A DNA stretch of 64,000 nt from a bacterium (GTDB taxonomy: Bacteria > Patescibacteriota > Minisyncoccia > Minisyncoccales > CG1-02-41-26), in NCBI GenBank assembly GCA_030648255.1, contig JAUSHZ010000007.1:24404-88403 (forward strand). Reading direction: 5' to 3'. A program made the position numbers and the translations under genes. The notes under the pieces are model-generated. The model was not told the DNA's origin. It worked only from the letters and a program-made list of their open reading frames with translations, and did not search any database. How positions within the stretch are numbered: position 1 is the first letter of the stretch; every line of letters starts with the position of its first letter. Positions 40,018 through 50,040 of this stretch are shown piece after piece.

Positions 40018-42660
40018 TTAGCTCATTTTGCTCAAGCGAGCGAAGAGAAAGAAAATTAAAGTGAATATTATGGCCATGGCAAACGGGGCTACACTAGAAA
40101 GCCAGTTGCGTTTGTTTGGCTTAAAGCCACGCAAAAATAATGAATTAGAAACCACCGAAACCGAGCTCAAAGCCATAGCCAGGCCTGCCAATTCGGGTTT
40201 TAAAACAATGCCCAGCCCCACCAAAACTCGAGCCGCAATTGGAATGCCCATTACATTATAAAACAAAGCAAAAAACATATTTTGTTTTATTTTGCTCATT
40301 GTTTCTTTGCTTAACTGTATGGCAGTTAACACATCTCGCAAATCATCTTTGATTATCACAATGCCCCCTGCCTCCATTGCCACGTCTGTGCCACTGCCCA
40401 TAGCAATGCCCAAATCCGCTTGGGCTAAAGCTGGAGCGTCATTTATGCCATCTCCCACCATTGCCACTTTAATACCTGTATCTTGCAATTTTTTAATTTC
40501 ATTGGCTTTATCTTGAGGCAGAACTTCAGCTAAAACATTTTTTATGCCAGCCTGTTTAGCGATAGCTTGGGCTGTTCTTTGATTGTCCCCTGTTATCATA
40601 TAAACGGCTATGCCTCTTTTTTGTAATAAAGAAACTGTTTCTGCTGATGTTTCTTTAATAGTGTCAGCCACCGCCACCAATCCCAAAATTTCCTGGCTTG
40701 AAGCCAAGATCATTACGGTCTTTCCTTCTTCTTCTAAGCGTTTCATCTTTCTTTCGATGCCTTCCACTTTAAAGCCAGCGATATCCATAATTAACTTACG
40801 ATTGCCCAAATAATATTTATTAGCATTGATAACTCCCTCAACACCATGCCCGGGAATTGCTTTAAAATTACTTGCTTCTTTTATAGTAATTGCCTCTTCT
40901 CCTGCGTATTTAACAATGGCTTCAGCTAATGGATGTTCGGATAATTTTTCCAAGCTTGCTGCTATAGCGATAACTTCGTCTTCGTCAATTGAGGTAACTC
41001 CAACAATATCTGTAACCTCTGGCTTGCCTTTAGTTAAAGTGCCTGTTTTATCAAAGACAATCGCCCTTACTTTACAAGCCGCTTCCAATGGCTCCCCTCC
41101 TTTAATTAAAATACCGCTTTCAGCGCCCTTGCCAGTTCCTACCATAATAGCGGTTGGCGTGGCTAATCCCAAAGCACAAGGGCAGGCAATAACAATTACC
41201 GAAGTAAATGCCATTAAAGCAAAACTCAAGCTAGAACCTAATATAAAAAACCAAATTAAAAATGTTAAAACAGATATTCCCAAAACAATAGGCACAAACT
41301 TAGCGGAAATTTTATCAGCCACCGCCTGAATAGGGGCTTTAGAGCCTTGGGCGTCTTCAATTAAGCGGATAATTTGCGCTAACGCAGTTTCTTTGCCAAC
41401 TTTAGTGGCTTTAAATTCAAAACTGCCATTTTTGTTAATAGTGGCGCCAATAACCATATCCCCAATATTTTTTTCTTTGGGAATGCTCTCCCCTGTTAGC
41501 ATTGACTCGTCCACCGATGACTGGCCTTTAACAATAACACCGTCAACTGGAATTTTTTCACCCGGCCGAACCACCACAATATCCCCTGCCATTACTTGGT
41601 CCACTGGAATATCAACTGTTGAACTGCCACGAGTCACTCGAGCTGTTTTTGGCTGCAAGCCAACCAGCTTTTTAATGGCTTGAGAAGTTCTGCCTTTGGC
41701 TTTTGCCTCAAGAAACTTTCCTAAAGAAACAAAAGTAATTAAAAAAGCGGCTGTTTCAAAATAGAGTTCTGGTATTTTGGCGCCAGCCAATCCGATTACA
41801 GAATTATTTACAACAATATAATTAATAAACTGCCACAAGCTATAGAAAAAAGCGGTGCTGGTGCCAATGGCAATCAAACTATCCATATTAAAGGTTTTCA
41901 TTTTCAGCCCGCTCCAAAACCCTTTGTAAAATCCCTTGCCAATAATAAACTGGACAGGCAAAGTTAAAATTAAAGAAATAATGCCAATGTAGGGTAAAAA
42001 AGCAACGCCTCCCGGTAAGAACTTAAAAAAGTCCAAGAACATAAAGTAAAGCATTGGGGCAGACAACACTGCTCCCCAGATAAATTTCCTCCACAATGAT
42101 TTTATATGCTTTTCTTTGTTAGCGCTTTCTTCCTCTGTGTTTGCCTCCTCGTGTACAGATGCTTTATAGCCAGCTTTATTAACAGCAGAAATTAAATTTT
42201 CAACTGAAGAAACCGAGCTATCAAAAATAACCCGGGCTTTTTCCGCGGCAAAGTTAACCGAAGCGGTTTTAACCCCAGGCGTTTTTTTAATTGCTCTTTC
42301 AATAATACCTGCGCACGAAGCGCAATGCATTCCGCCTAAAATTAAGCTAATATGTTCTTCTCCTTTGCTTTTTGTTGAAGAGGAATCTGGCAATGAGTCG
42401 TGATGGGGCATTTGAGGTGGCTGCAGAACAACCCCAGAGCTAATATTTTGGGTTGATTTAACATCCCCAGAAAAAATACTGAACAACTGGCTAATTTTTG
42501 AAGAGTGAATTAAATTTTCAACAATTTTATCAATGTCTTCTCGGCCTTGGGGCACCTCAAACTCGCCTTTTTTATAATGCTTAACCTTACCTTCAAAATT
42601 TGGAATGTCATTTTTAGAAGAAAAGCTACCTTCTGCTTCCACCATTGACTCCACCTTCAT
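40018..42660 (-). CDS. copA: Copper-translocating P1B-type ATPase
   Basis: HMA GMHCASC, CPC, DKTGT and GDGINDAP. Start set at MKVESM (42660), downstream of the copZ stop; the ORF-track start overlaps copZ. Confidence 0.9.
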   Translation of the reverse strand: MKVESMVEAEGSFSSKNDIPNFEGKVKHYKKGEFEVPQGREDIDKIVENLIHSSKISQLFSIFSGDVKSTQNISSGVVLQPPQMPHHDSLPDSSSTKSKGEEHISLILGGMHCASCAGIIERAIKKTPGVKTASVNFAAEKARVIFDSSVSSVENLISAVNKAGYKASVHEEANTEEESANKEKHIKSLWRKFIWGAVLSAPMLYFMFLDFFKFLPGGVAFLPYIGIISLILTLPVQFIIGKGFYKGFWSGLKMKTFNMDSLIAIGTSTAFFYSLWQFINYIVVNNSVIGLAGAKIPELYFETAAFLITFVSLGKFLEAKAKGRTSQAIKKLVGLQPKTARVTRGSSTVDIPVDQVMAGDIVVVRPGEKIPVDGVIVKGQSSVDESMLTGESIPKEKNIGDMVIGATINKNGSFEFKATKVGKETALAQIIRLIEDAQGSKAPIQAVADKISAKFVPIVLGISVLTFLIWFFILGSSLSFALMAFTSVIVIACPCALGLATPTAIMVGTGKGAESGILIKGGEPLEAACKVRAIVFDKTGTLTKGKPEVTDIVGVTSIDEDEVIAIAASLEKLSEHPLAEAIVKYAGEEAITIKEASNFKAIPGHGVEGVINANKYYLGNRKLIMDIAGFKVEGIERKMKRLEEEGKTVMILASSQEILGLVAVADTIKETSAETVSLLQKRGIAVYMITGDNQRTAQAIAKQAGIKNVLAEVLPQDKANEIKKLQDTGIKVAMVGDGINDAPALAQADLGIAMGSGTDVAMEAGGIVIIKDDLRDVLTAIQLSKETMSKIKQNMFFALFYNVMGIPIAARVLVGLGIVLKPELAGLAMALSSVSVVSNSLFLRGFKPNKRNWLSSVAPFAMAIIFTLIFFLFARLSKMS

Positions 42661-42676
42661 TTTAAAAGGCGCGTCG

Positions 42677-42970
42677 CTATTTACCGTTTTTTTTTTCCAG
42701 AGAAATTTGCGACTCTTCATTGGCGCTGTTATTGCTATTGTTTTGATTGCCCTCTTCGTTGGCAATCTCTGCTTTATAGCCAGCTTTTTCTATTGTCTGT
42801 AAAACAGCTTGCTCGCTAACAAGACCGCTGTCTATTTCTAATTCCCCAACTCCAGATGTAGAATCTATTTTTATATTGCTTACCCCTGGCAATTCGCCAA
42901 GCTCCATAGTGATAATTTTTTCACAAGAAGCGCAGTGCATACCGCTAATTTTTAGAATTATTTTTTTCAT
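42677..42970 (-). CDS. copZ: Copper chaperone (HMA domain)
   Basis: 97 aa; [11 protein letters not shown], then an Asn/Glu-rich tail. Confidence 0.8.
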   Translation of the reverse strand: MKKIILKISGMHCASCEKIITMELGELPGVSNIKIDSTSGVGELEIDSGLVSEQAVLQTIEKAGYKAEIANEEGNQNNSNNSANEESQISLEKKNGK

Positions 42971-42983
42971 AAATTTTTTTTGT

Positions 42984-43211
42984 TTAAATCCATATCTTAA
43001 AATTTTGACCCAAAACCGCTAAAGCAAAATGAACGAGAAAGAACACTACTGCCAAATAAATAATCTTTTTGTGGTATTTTTGGGCTAAATTGAAAAATTT
43101 ATTTCTCGCCAGCCGTAAATTGCAACAGCAGCCCAAAAAGCTAAGAACGAAAAATATGCCTGTTAGCATGCCCGACCAATAAACCAAGCTTTTATCAAAG
43201 ATTGTTATCAT
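42984..43211 (-). CDS. Small membrane protein with CCC motif
   Basis: 75 aa; 2 TM helices and LGCCCN. Confidence 0.5.
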   Translation of the reverse strand: MITIFDKSLVYWSGMLTGIFFVLSFLGCCCNLRLARNKFFNLAQKYHKKIIYLAVVFFLVHFALAVLGQNFKIWI

Positions 43212-43215
43212 TGCA

Positions 43216-43644
43216 TTATTTCACTATCAACTTGCCTTGCATGGCTCTATGCCCTTCCCCGCACATATTAGTACAGTACCAAGAAAATTCTCCAACCTGG
43301 TCTGCTGTAAATTCTAATACTTCATTACCGCTTATTCCCAAGTCCGGAATTCTCATCCCATGAAGGACATCTGTATTCTCTATATTAATTTTTATTTTTT
43401 CGCCCTTTGTTGCATTAATAACATTTGGCTCATAGCCAAACCGAAACGCTTTTATACTTACCTCTCTTGGTGGCTGTTCTTTTCCTTTTTGAACTTCTTG
43501 TTGAACTTCTACCGGCTTTTTTTCTAAAGCCAAGTTAGTATTGGCTGTCTTGGGGATATTTCCTTTTAAAAGTGATAAAAATGCTATTCCACCTATAAAA
43601 ATAATTCCCACCACAGCTGAAATAATTTTTTGATTTTTTGTCAT
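43216..43644 (-). CDS. Membrane-anchored cupredoxin with CuA-like site
   Basis: 142 aa; H..(40)..CTNMCGEGHRAM fits the C-x3-C-x3-H-x2-M pattern. Confidence 0.75.
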   Translation of the reverse strand: MTKNQKIISAVVGIIFIGGIAFLSLLKGNIPKTANTNLALEKKPVEVQQEVQKGKEQPPREVSIKAFRFGYEPNVINATKGEKIKINIENTDVLHGMRIPDLGISGNEVLEFTADQVGEFSWYCTNMCGEGHRAMQGKLIVK

Positions 43645-43670
43645 ATGTTTTTTTTCTTTAAATGATTTGA

Positions 43671-44504
43671 TTAAAAAAGATTAGAAACTTGCTCAATATC
43701 GGCCTGTTCTATAATTATTTTACCATCTTGTAATTGTAAATTGGGGTTTATTGGCCCGGGATTGCACCCGCCCTTTTCTGTGGCGATTTTTTCTATAGGA
43801 TAGCGATTGCCACAATTATTGCAAACAATTTCATCTCCTTCTTGGCGGAATCCTTTTCGCTCTCCGAAACAAACTTGGCAAGCATCTGCGGCGGCTCGAT
43901 AAACTCCTTTCTTATCCTTAATCACAAAAAAACGAACTATCTTCCCATCAGGCATCTCCACATTATAAAAACGAGCTTTGTTATCATTAAATTGCGTGGC
44001 TTCCAACCTAATTTCTTTGTTCTCAAAAACCACTTTTTCGCCCTTTTGGCCAAAAAAAGATTTTTCTGTTTGAACTTGAACTGCAGGCAAAGAAACAGAT
44101 GTGGAGGACGGTTGATTTTCAGCTTGATAGCCATCGCCTACCGGGCAAGAAAGCAATTCTTTTATTTCATCAAAAGTTCTGTAGCCCTCATAAACTTTTT
44201 CATTAATAATAAAAGTGGGCACCCCTGTAAACTTATAGCGAACAGGGCCCACAGAGGCATTTATTTTATTTATCTTAATGCCTAACCCCTCTATTTTCTC
44301 CAATGTGCCCTCTGATTTTACTTTATTACACCATTCACAGCCGTCAAGATAGTAAAAAGTTATTTCTTTAATTGCGCAAATAGAAGAAGCATTGCCTCCT
44401 TGTTTTCCCTGCTCTCCTGGCTTGGCAAAAAGAAAATAACCAGCCATAGCAACTGCCACAGCCACAATAATAATGCTAATAATAAAATTTCGTTTTATTT
44501 TCAT
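43671..44504 (-). CDS. Membrane-anchored thioredoxin-like + DUF2318-like Cys-rich domain protein
   Basis: 277 aa; CEWC Trx-like motif and C-terminal CQVC..CNNCG..GGCNP cluster. Confidence 0.6.
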   Translation of the reverse strand: MKIKRNFIISIIIVAVAVAMAGYFLFAKPGEQGKQGGNASSICAIKEITFYYLDGCEWCNKVKSEGTLEKIEGLGIKINKINASVGPVRYKFTGVPTFIINEKVYEGYRTFDEIKELLSCPVGDGYQAENQPSSTSVSLPAVQVQTEKSFFGQKGEKVVFENKEIRLEATQFNDNKARFYNVEMPDGKIVRFFVIKDKKGVYRAAADACQVCFGERKGFRQEGDEIVCNNCGNRYPIEKIATEKGGCNPGPINPNLQLQDGKIIIEQADIEQVSNLF

Positions 44505-44507
44505 AAA

Positions 44508-45482
44508 TTATTTCAACAAACTATCAATGGCTTCTTTAAAGGTGGCGTAAGGCAATGCTCCGCTAATTAACTGACCATTTATAAAAGTAGCTGGCGTGCC
44601 ATCCACTCCTTTTTCTTGGCCTTCTTTGGCATCGGCTTGAACTTTTTGAGCGTATTTTCCAGAATCAAGACAGTTATTAAACTGGCTACTCTTTAAGCCC
44701 AAATCACTGGCCCATTTTTTGAAATTTTCAACGCTATAACTGCTCTGGTTTTCGAATAGTTTATCGTGATATTCCCAAAAGCCGTCTTGTTCGCTAGCAC
44801 ACTCTGACGCTTCAGCCGCTTTTTGAGCGTATTGATGAAAACCCAAAGGAAAATGCTTATAAACCAACCTTATTTCTTTTGGATATTCTTTTTGTAACTG
44901 CTTTAAAGTTTGATATTGCTTTTCGCAAAATGGACACTGAAAATCAGAAAATTCCACCAAAGTAATATTAGCATTTGAGTTGCCTCTAATATGGTCGTCT
45001 TTGGTAATAGTAAAGGTTTGTACTGTTTGGGCGTCTTGAATGATGCCCGCATCTTGAGCTTGTTTTTGAGGTAGATTGTTATTTTTTGCAGAATCCGCTT
45101 TTGCTTGCAAAGATGATTGCTTATACGAAACGCTAAAAAATATATTTAATAACAAAAAAACAGCTACCCCGCCCGCTAAAAGCCCTTTTAAAAAGGACTT
45201 GGAAAAAGTAGGCGTTGCATTTTGACCATCTGCTTTATCTTGGCCATCGCTATCGCCAAGTTCTTGGGCTTGATAATCTCCCGCTTTTTTAACAGCGTCA
45301 AAAATGCCTTGCTTTTGTATTTTTGTTTTATCATACATAACCAAGCCGGAATTGGATTCAAAATCAACTTTGGCCTCAATAACTCCATGCTGTTCTTTCA
45401 ATTCTTTAGTAATTAATTGAACGCAAGCATTACAGCTCATTCCTCTTATTTTAAAATTTATTTTATTCATATGATTTAGCAA
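44508..45482 (-). CDS. HMA domain - TM - DsbA-like thioredoxin fusion
   Basis: 324 aa; GMSCNACV (HMA), one TM, CPFC and GTPATFING. Confidence 0.75.
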   Translation of the reverse strand: MLNHMNKINFKIRGMSCNACVQLITKELKEQHGVIEAKVDFESNSGLVMYDKTKIQKQGIFDAVKKAGDYQAQELGDSDGQDKADGQNATPTFSKSFLKGLLAGGVAVFLLLNIFFSVSYKQSSLQAKADSAKNNNLPQKQAQDAGIIQDAQTVQTFTITKDDHIRGNSNANITLVEFSDFQCPFCEKQYQTLKQLQKEYPKEIRLVYKHFPLGFHQYAQKAAEASECASEQDGFWEYHDKLFENQSSYSVENFKKWASDLGLKSSQFNNCLDSGKYAQKVQADAKEGQEKGVDGTPATFINGQLISGALPYATFKEAIDSLLK

Positions 45483-45494
45483 TATAACCTTGAT

Positions 45495-47045
45495 TTATTT
45501 CCCGCCACAGCTACTACCACCTCCCCCCCCACAGCCACAGCCCTTAGCCCCAGACGGGACAACATCCGTATTATTTACAGCGATATTAGCATTACCGCTA
45601 TTTCCGCTTGGAGCTGAATTTACATCCACCACCTCCATAATCCCCGAAACCATTCCCATCCAGCAGGAAAATTTAAACTTTCCTGTTTTTTTAGGCGTAA
45701 ACTCTTTAACACTGGTTTGCCCGGGAGTTAAACCAATCTGCCCGCTAAATAAACTATTAGAGATAACCGCATTAGTACAACCGCTTGTGCCTTTGTCAGT
45801 AATTTCCCATCTAACTGGCACGCCAACCCTTACTTTAAAATAATTAGGACTATACCCCGAAGAAGAAGCGTCCATCTTTATCACCTGCTTGCCATCTACA
45901 ATTGCCGGCAAGCCCTCTTCGTTATTGCTATTATTATTTTGAGTTTTGTTGCTTGCTGATTGAGTTGTCTTGCCAAGAAAATCGCCAATACCCGAATAGC
46001 CCAAAACATTCATTTGGTTATTGGCATTAAATAGGGCAAAAAATAGAACCACCACTCCAGCTGTTTTCAAAAACCTTTCTGATAACTTCCTATTGTTTAC
46101 AAGCTTAGCGCTAGAAAGCCCAATAAACAACAAAACCGGCAAAGTTCCCAAAGCAAAGGCCAACATAATTAAACTGCCTTGTAAAAAACTCCCGGAAATT
46201 AAAGCCAAGCCCTGCGCGGTTATAGTGAACCCGCAAGGCAAAAAGAAAGTTAAAGCGCCCATTACAAGAGGCATATATTTGCCCTTAAAATTTTTCTCGT
46301 TAGCCACATAGCGAGTCATTGACTTTGGCATAGTTATCTGGAAACGCTGAAAAGCCTTAACCCCTATCATTTGCAAAGCCAAAAATAGCATTAAAACCGA
46401 AACCCCTAAAACCAAAAGAGCCGAAAAGCTGGGCGATAATTGCAGCTTGCTTCCAATAGCGCCTAATATGCCTCCCAATAAAGCGTACGAAACTAAACGG
46501 CCAGCATTAAACATTAAATGAGGAGTTGATTTTTGCTTGTTGCTTCCGCCTGCGTAGGCCTCATTCCATTGTTTGGACATAGAAAGCACTAAACCCCCAA
46601 CCAAGGCCGCACAAGTAGAAAGCCCAGCCAACAGCCCAAATAGCATAAAAGCTGGCAAGGAAGATTTCTCGCCCACATTAACCCATCTTGAAAGCCCTAA
46701 TTTATTTAAAAATAGAAACCCTAAAAATACGAACGCCCCTATCACAACAGCCATGATAATATTATAAGAGCTGTTAGAATTTTTTTCTTCCTCGCCACGC
46801 CGAACCCCCGCAGGGACGGAGACGGTTTTTTCTTTTTCCGAAAAAATATAACCGTCTTTTTCAAATAGCTTATTCAAATGATGGGCAGAGGGCTTTTCGC
46901 CTGTATATTCAACTAAAACCTCGCCCCTTTGGTTTGATGCCTCCACTGCTTCTATGTTTTTTTCTTCAAGTAATTTTTTCTCAATTAAAATTTCACAGCT
47001 CGCACAATGAGTTCCCTTAACGAAATATTTTTGTTCTTTTATCAT
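45495..47045 (-). CDS. HMA domain - DsbD_2/TauE-like permease - cupredoxin-like domain fusion with Gly/Cys tail
   Basis: 516 aa; GTHCASCE, polytopic core with STCA and FFLPCG, C-terminal FSCWMGMVSG beta domain, and tail GCGCGGGGGSSCGGK. Confidence 0.7.
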   Translation of the reverse strand: MIKEQKYFVKGTHCASCEILIEKKLLEEKNIEAVEASNQRGEVLVEYTGEKPSAHHLNKLFEKDGYIFSEKEKTVSVPAGVRRGEEEKNSNSSYNIIMAVVIGAFVFLGFLFLNKLGLSRWVNVGEKSSLPAFMLFGLLAGLSTCAALVGGLVLSMSKQWNEAYAGGSNKQKSTPHLMFNAGRLVSYALLGGILGAIGSKLQLSPSFSALLVLGVSVLMLFLALQMIGVKAFQRFQITMPKSMTRYVANEKNFKGKYMPLVMGALTFFLPCGFTITAQGLALISGSFLQGSLIMLAFALGTLPVLLFIGLSSAKLVNNRKLSERFLKTAGVVVLFFALFNANNQMNVLGYSGIGDFLGKTTQSASNKTQNNNSNNEEGLPAIVDGKQVIKMDASSSGYSPNYFKVRVGVPVRWEITDKGTSGCTNAVISNSLFSGQIGLTPGQTSVKEFTPKKTGKFKFSCWMGMVSGIMEVVDVNSAPSGNSGNANIAVNNTDVVPSGAKGCGCGGGGGSSCGGK

Positions 47046-47088
47046 ATGTTTTTAGCTTTAATAACATTATTACAACCAAAAACAAATT

Positions 47089-47622
47089 TTATTCCACACC
47101 ACAACTTCCTCCCGCTTGGCCGCCACCCCCAGAACAGCCACAGCTTGGCTGTGGTTTAGTTTCTTTAGGTAAAGAACAAATATGGCTAGTTGAGCAGCCA
47201 CAGCCACATTGATACAGCGGAGAAATAATTGGAATATTATTTACTTGGACATATTCCATTATTTTTTGGTGAAAAGGGGTTAAGAAAACCGCCAAGCTCA
47301 CCATGGCTATAGATATTAAAATAATCGTTAGGCCCAGCAATAAGGGCTTTTTATAAAAAGCAGGAAATTTTTTAGATAAAACCCAGGCCAGCACCACAAA
47401 TAAAGCGACTGCTAAAATTATGGCTATTAAAAAAGGAGAGTAGCCCTTTACCTTTAAAGCAAATCCAATAAAGCTGGTGCCAAAAACCGCAAAAACCATA
47501 GCAACGATTGCCAGAAAAAGCAAAGCAATCGCCTGAAAAACAAACAGTGCTTTGGGCTTCATTTTAACTTTGCCCGCTTTTATTTTCTCTATTACTTTTT
47601 GGGAAATATTATTTGTTTGCAT
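47089..47622 (-). CDS. Putative anti-sigma factor / membrane protein with Cys-Gly-rich C-terminus
   Basis: 177 aa; overlaps the sigma gene by 14 nt. 4 TM helices, then CGCGCSTSHIC..CGCSGGGGQAGGSCG. Confidence 0.55.
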   Translation of the reverse strand: MQTNNISQKVIEKIKAGKVKMKPKALFVFQAIALLFLAIVAMVFAVFGTSFIGFALKVKGYSPFLIAIILAVALFVVLAWVLSKKFPAFYKKPLLLGLTIILISIAMVSLAVFLTPFHQKIMEYVQVNNIPIISPLYQCGCGCSTSHICSLPKETKPQPSCGCSGGGGQAGGSCGVE

Positions 47623-48205
47623 ATATTTTTCCGCCAGAGGCGGATCCGCCTTTGGCGGAGGCGATTTCTTTTATGGCTTCTTTGGCTCTTTTAATTCGAA
47701 CGCCAACCGTGGCTATGGGAATTTTTAACACCTCGGCTATTTCTTGATAAGACAGTTCCTGAAAATAATAAAGTAAAATAACTTCTTTTTGCTTAAAATT
47801 AAGCTCGTTAATAAATTCTTCTATTTTTGGAGGAAATAATTTTTTTTCTGCTTCATTTTCAATATCTTCTTTGTCAATATTATAGCGGGGTAAAAAAACA
47901 TCAAAATCAAATAAAGGCAAGGGCTTTTTCTTTTTTAAATAATTTACAGTTTCATTGTGGGCAATTCTATAAACCCAAGGAGAGAATCTTTGTTTGGTAT
48001 CAAATCCTTTAATATTTTCAAACGCTTTTAAAAAAACATTTTGGGTAATGTCGTTTGGCTCATCTGGACCCTGCACCATTCTTCTAACATATTTTTTTAT
48101 CTTATCTTGATATTTCTCAATCAAAAAACCAAAGGCCTCCACATTGCCCTGCTGAGTCAACAGCGCCAATTGCTCGTCTGTTTTTCCCAAAAACTCCTCC
48201 ATCAT
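47609..48205 (-). CDS. ECF-type sigma-70 family factor
   Basis: 198 aa from MMEEFLGK; region 2 (FSPWVYRIAHNETVNY) and region 4 HTH (LSYQEIAEVLKIPIATVGVRIKRAK). Confidence 0.85.
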   Translation of the reverse strand: MMEEFLGKTDEQLALLTQQGNVEAFGFLIEKYQDKIKKYVRRMVQGPDEPNDITQNVFLKAFENIKGFDTKQRFSPWVYRIAHNETVNYLKKKKPLPLFDFDVFLPRYNIDKEDIENEAEKKLFPPKIEEFINELNFKQKEVILLYYFQELSYQEIAEVLKIPIATVGVRIKRAKEAIKEIASAKGGSASGGKIYANK

Positions 48206-48215
48206 ATTATTACAA

Positions 48216-48956
48216 TTAAACACCCTTTTTATTACTAACCCACAACATCTCAAACACCTGCTTTTGCATCTGGCTAAATTCCGCATTTTCAATAACCACG
48301 GCCAAAAACTCTTTTTGCTTGCCCGATACCATTATAACTTTTTCATTATAAATAAACATTGTAGCTGAAAAAGAAAATTCTTTTGGTAAAAACCTAATTT
48401 CTCTCAAGCCCTTTTTCCCTTCGCTGACTCTTGCTTGAACTGATGGTGTCTCAAAGTCCAGCCAACGCAAAAAAACGCCTTGCTTTATTCGTTTTTGTGT
48501 CCAGCTTTCTTCGTATTGCTCGTCAATATGTTTTTTAAAATTTTCATAAGAAGCAATCCCGAGTAATTCTTTTGGCTTTTCTTTTAAGATGTTTCCATAA
48601 ACTGCTAAATAGCCTTCTTGCCCCTCAAAAAATCTCACTTTGGGCTTGTTGCCTGTTATGTTGTAAATCGATTTTAACTCTGGCAAGGACTCTTTAAACA
48701 TTTGAGCTCGCCTGTCTGCTATTTGCCCCAAAATTTCCGGGCTTTCAGCCACTAAGAATGTTTTAGCTCCTTTTTTAATTTGGCTAATAATGCCCTTTTC
48801 TTTTAAGCCATCGATGGCCGTATAAACAGTGGTGCGCCTAACCCCCGACTTTTTGCCCAATTCTTGCACTGTGGCCTGACCTAATTCCAAGGCCGCTAAA
48901 TAAACCTTTGTTTCATTGTCGCTCAAACCTAATTGTTTTAATGTTTCTATTGACAT
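48216..48956 (-). CDS. TrmB-family transcriptional regulator
   Basis: 246 aa; N-terminal wHTH LGLSDNETKVYLAALELGQATVQELGKKSGVRRTTVY. Confidence 0.8.
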   Translation of the reverse strand: MSIETLKQLGLSDNETKVYLAALELGQATVQELGKKSGVRRTTVYTAIDGLKEKGIISQIKKGAKTFLVAESPEILGQIADRRAQMFKESLPELKSIYNITGNKPKVRFFEGQEGYLAVYGNILKEKPKELLGIASYENFKKHIDEQYEESWTQKRIKQGVFLRWLDFETPSVQARVSEGKKGLREIRFLPKEFSFSATMFIYNEKVIMVSGKQKEFLAVVIENAEFSQMQKQVFEMLWVSNKKGV

Positions 48957-49115
48957 ATTTTTTTATTATATTATAATTATATTAGAGCTGGCAATAATAG
49001 CTTTTAGGAGACCACGAGGGTACCCTCCGCGCATGTGGAGGTCTTAATACTTGTGGTAAATCCTAGGAGACGCCACTCTATAAAAATCATCTCTTTTGAG
49101 GTGTTTTTTATTATT

Positions 49116-49784
49116 TTATTTTTTGTTAAATTCTTTCCAATAATCTTTAAATAATTCTTGTGAAGCAATAATATTACTGTGTAAAATTTCATAAAACTTT
49201 TTTCCAAATGGTCGGTTAGTGTAATAGCGATATAATGCCCCGCAAATCCAGTCGGCAATTTGTATATTAGAATCAGTTGCAGAATCAACAGTATTTACAT
49301 AAACGCTCGCTTTTTTAGATAGTTGCAAGATAATATGCAAACGCAAGTTTTCTTTAAATTCTTTTTGTGAAACTTTTTTCAAACTTCTATGGTCTAAATT
49401 AAGAATAATTTGTGGCTCTGCGTTAGGAAAAATAATATCAAGAGTTTTAGCTATTATCTCAGTATAAAGACGGCCCGACTCAACAGCGCTTTTTCTTCTA
49501 AATTCCAAAGGAATATTTTCTGATTTTAGAAAAGAATAAAAAATACGGATATTTTGTTGAGCTAAATATAATAGTGTTTCAGCGCGCAATTTATCAGTTA
49601 AACGAGCATCGGTGAACTTAACTTCCCTGCGGAATTTAAGTTTTTTGTTAGCAAATTTTGCGTCTTGCCACTTGCGAAACGCTTTGGCAGTGGTTCGTTG
49701 ATTGCCAATAATAAACCCGCCGACTATGAAAAGTTTTTCTTTATCACCTTGAAAATTACCAGATTCATCAATAAAAATATACAT
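49116..49784 (-). CDS. DUF3800 family protein
   Basis: 222 aa; MYIFIDESGNF N-terminus and C-terminal ..IQIADWICGA. Confidence 0.7.
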   Translation of the reverse strand: MYIFIDESGNFQGDKEKLFIVGGFIIGNQRTTAKAFRKWQDAKFANKKLKFRREVKFTDARLTDKLRAETLLYLAQQNIRIFYSFLKSENIPLEFRRKSAVESGRLYTEIIAKTLDIIFPNAEPQIILNLDHRSLKKVSQKEFKENLRLHIILQLSKKASVYVNTVDSATDSNIQIADWICGALYRYYTNRPFGKKFYEILHSNIIASQELFKDYWKEFNKK

Positions 49785-49835
49785 GCTATTAAGTAAATGT
49801 TGTCAGTTATGTCGACAAAACTAATCCACAAACTC

Positions 49836-49863
49836 ATTATAATACTAATTAAAAACCTGTCAA
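49836..49863 (-). promoter_or_regulatory. Promoter of the DUF3800 gene
   Basis: Minus sense GGGG-TTGACA - 16 nt - TATAAT. Confidence 0.6.
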
Positions 49864-50040
49864 CCCCTTTTATTAACAGCATACAGCTAATATATCCAAA
49901 ACCCATATTTTGCCAAAAAACTTGTCAAACCCCTTGACAAGTTTTAAGGTATATGCTATCTAAAAATAAAAGACGAGCGCGTTCCAACTCAACTGCCCCA
50001 CCCAAGACATACAAGGAGATAGAAAATTAATAATAACAAA

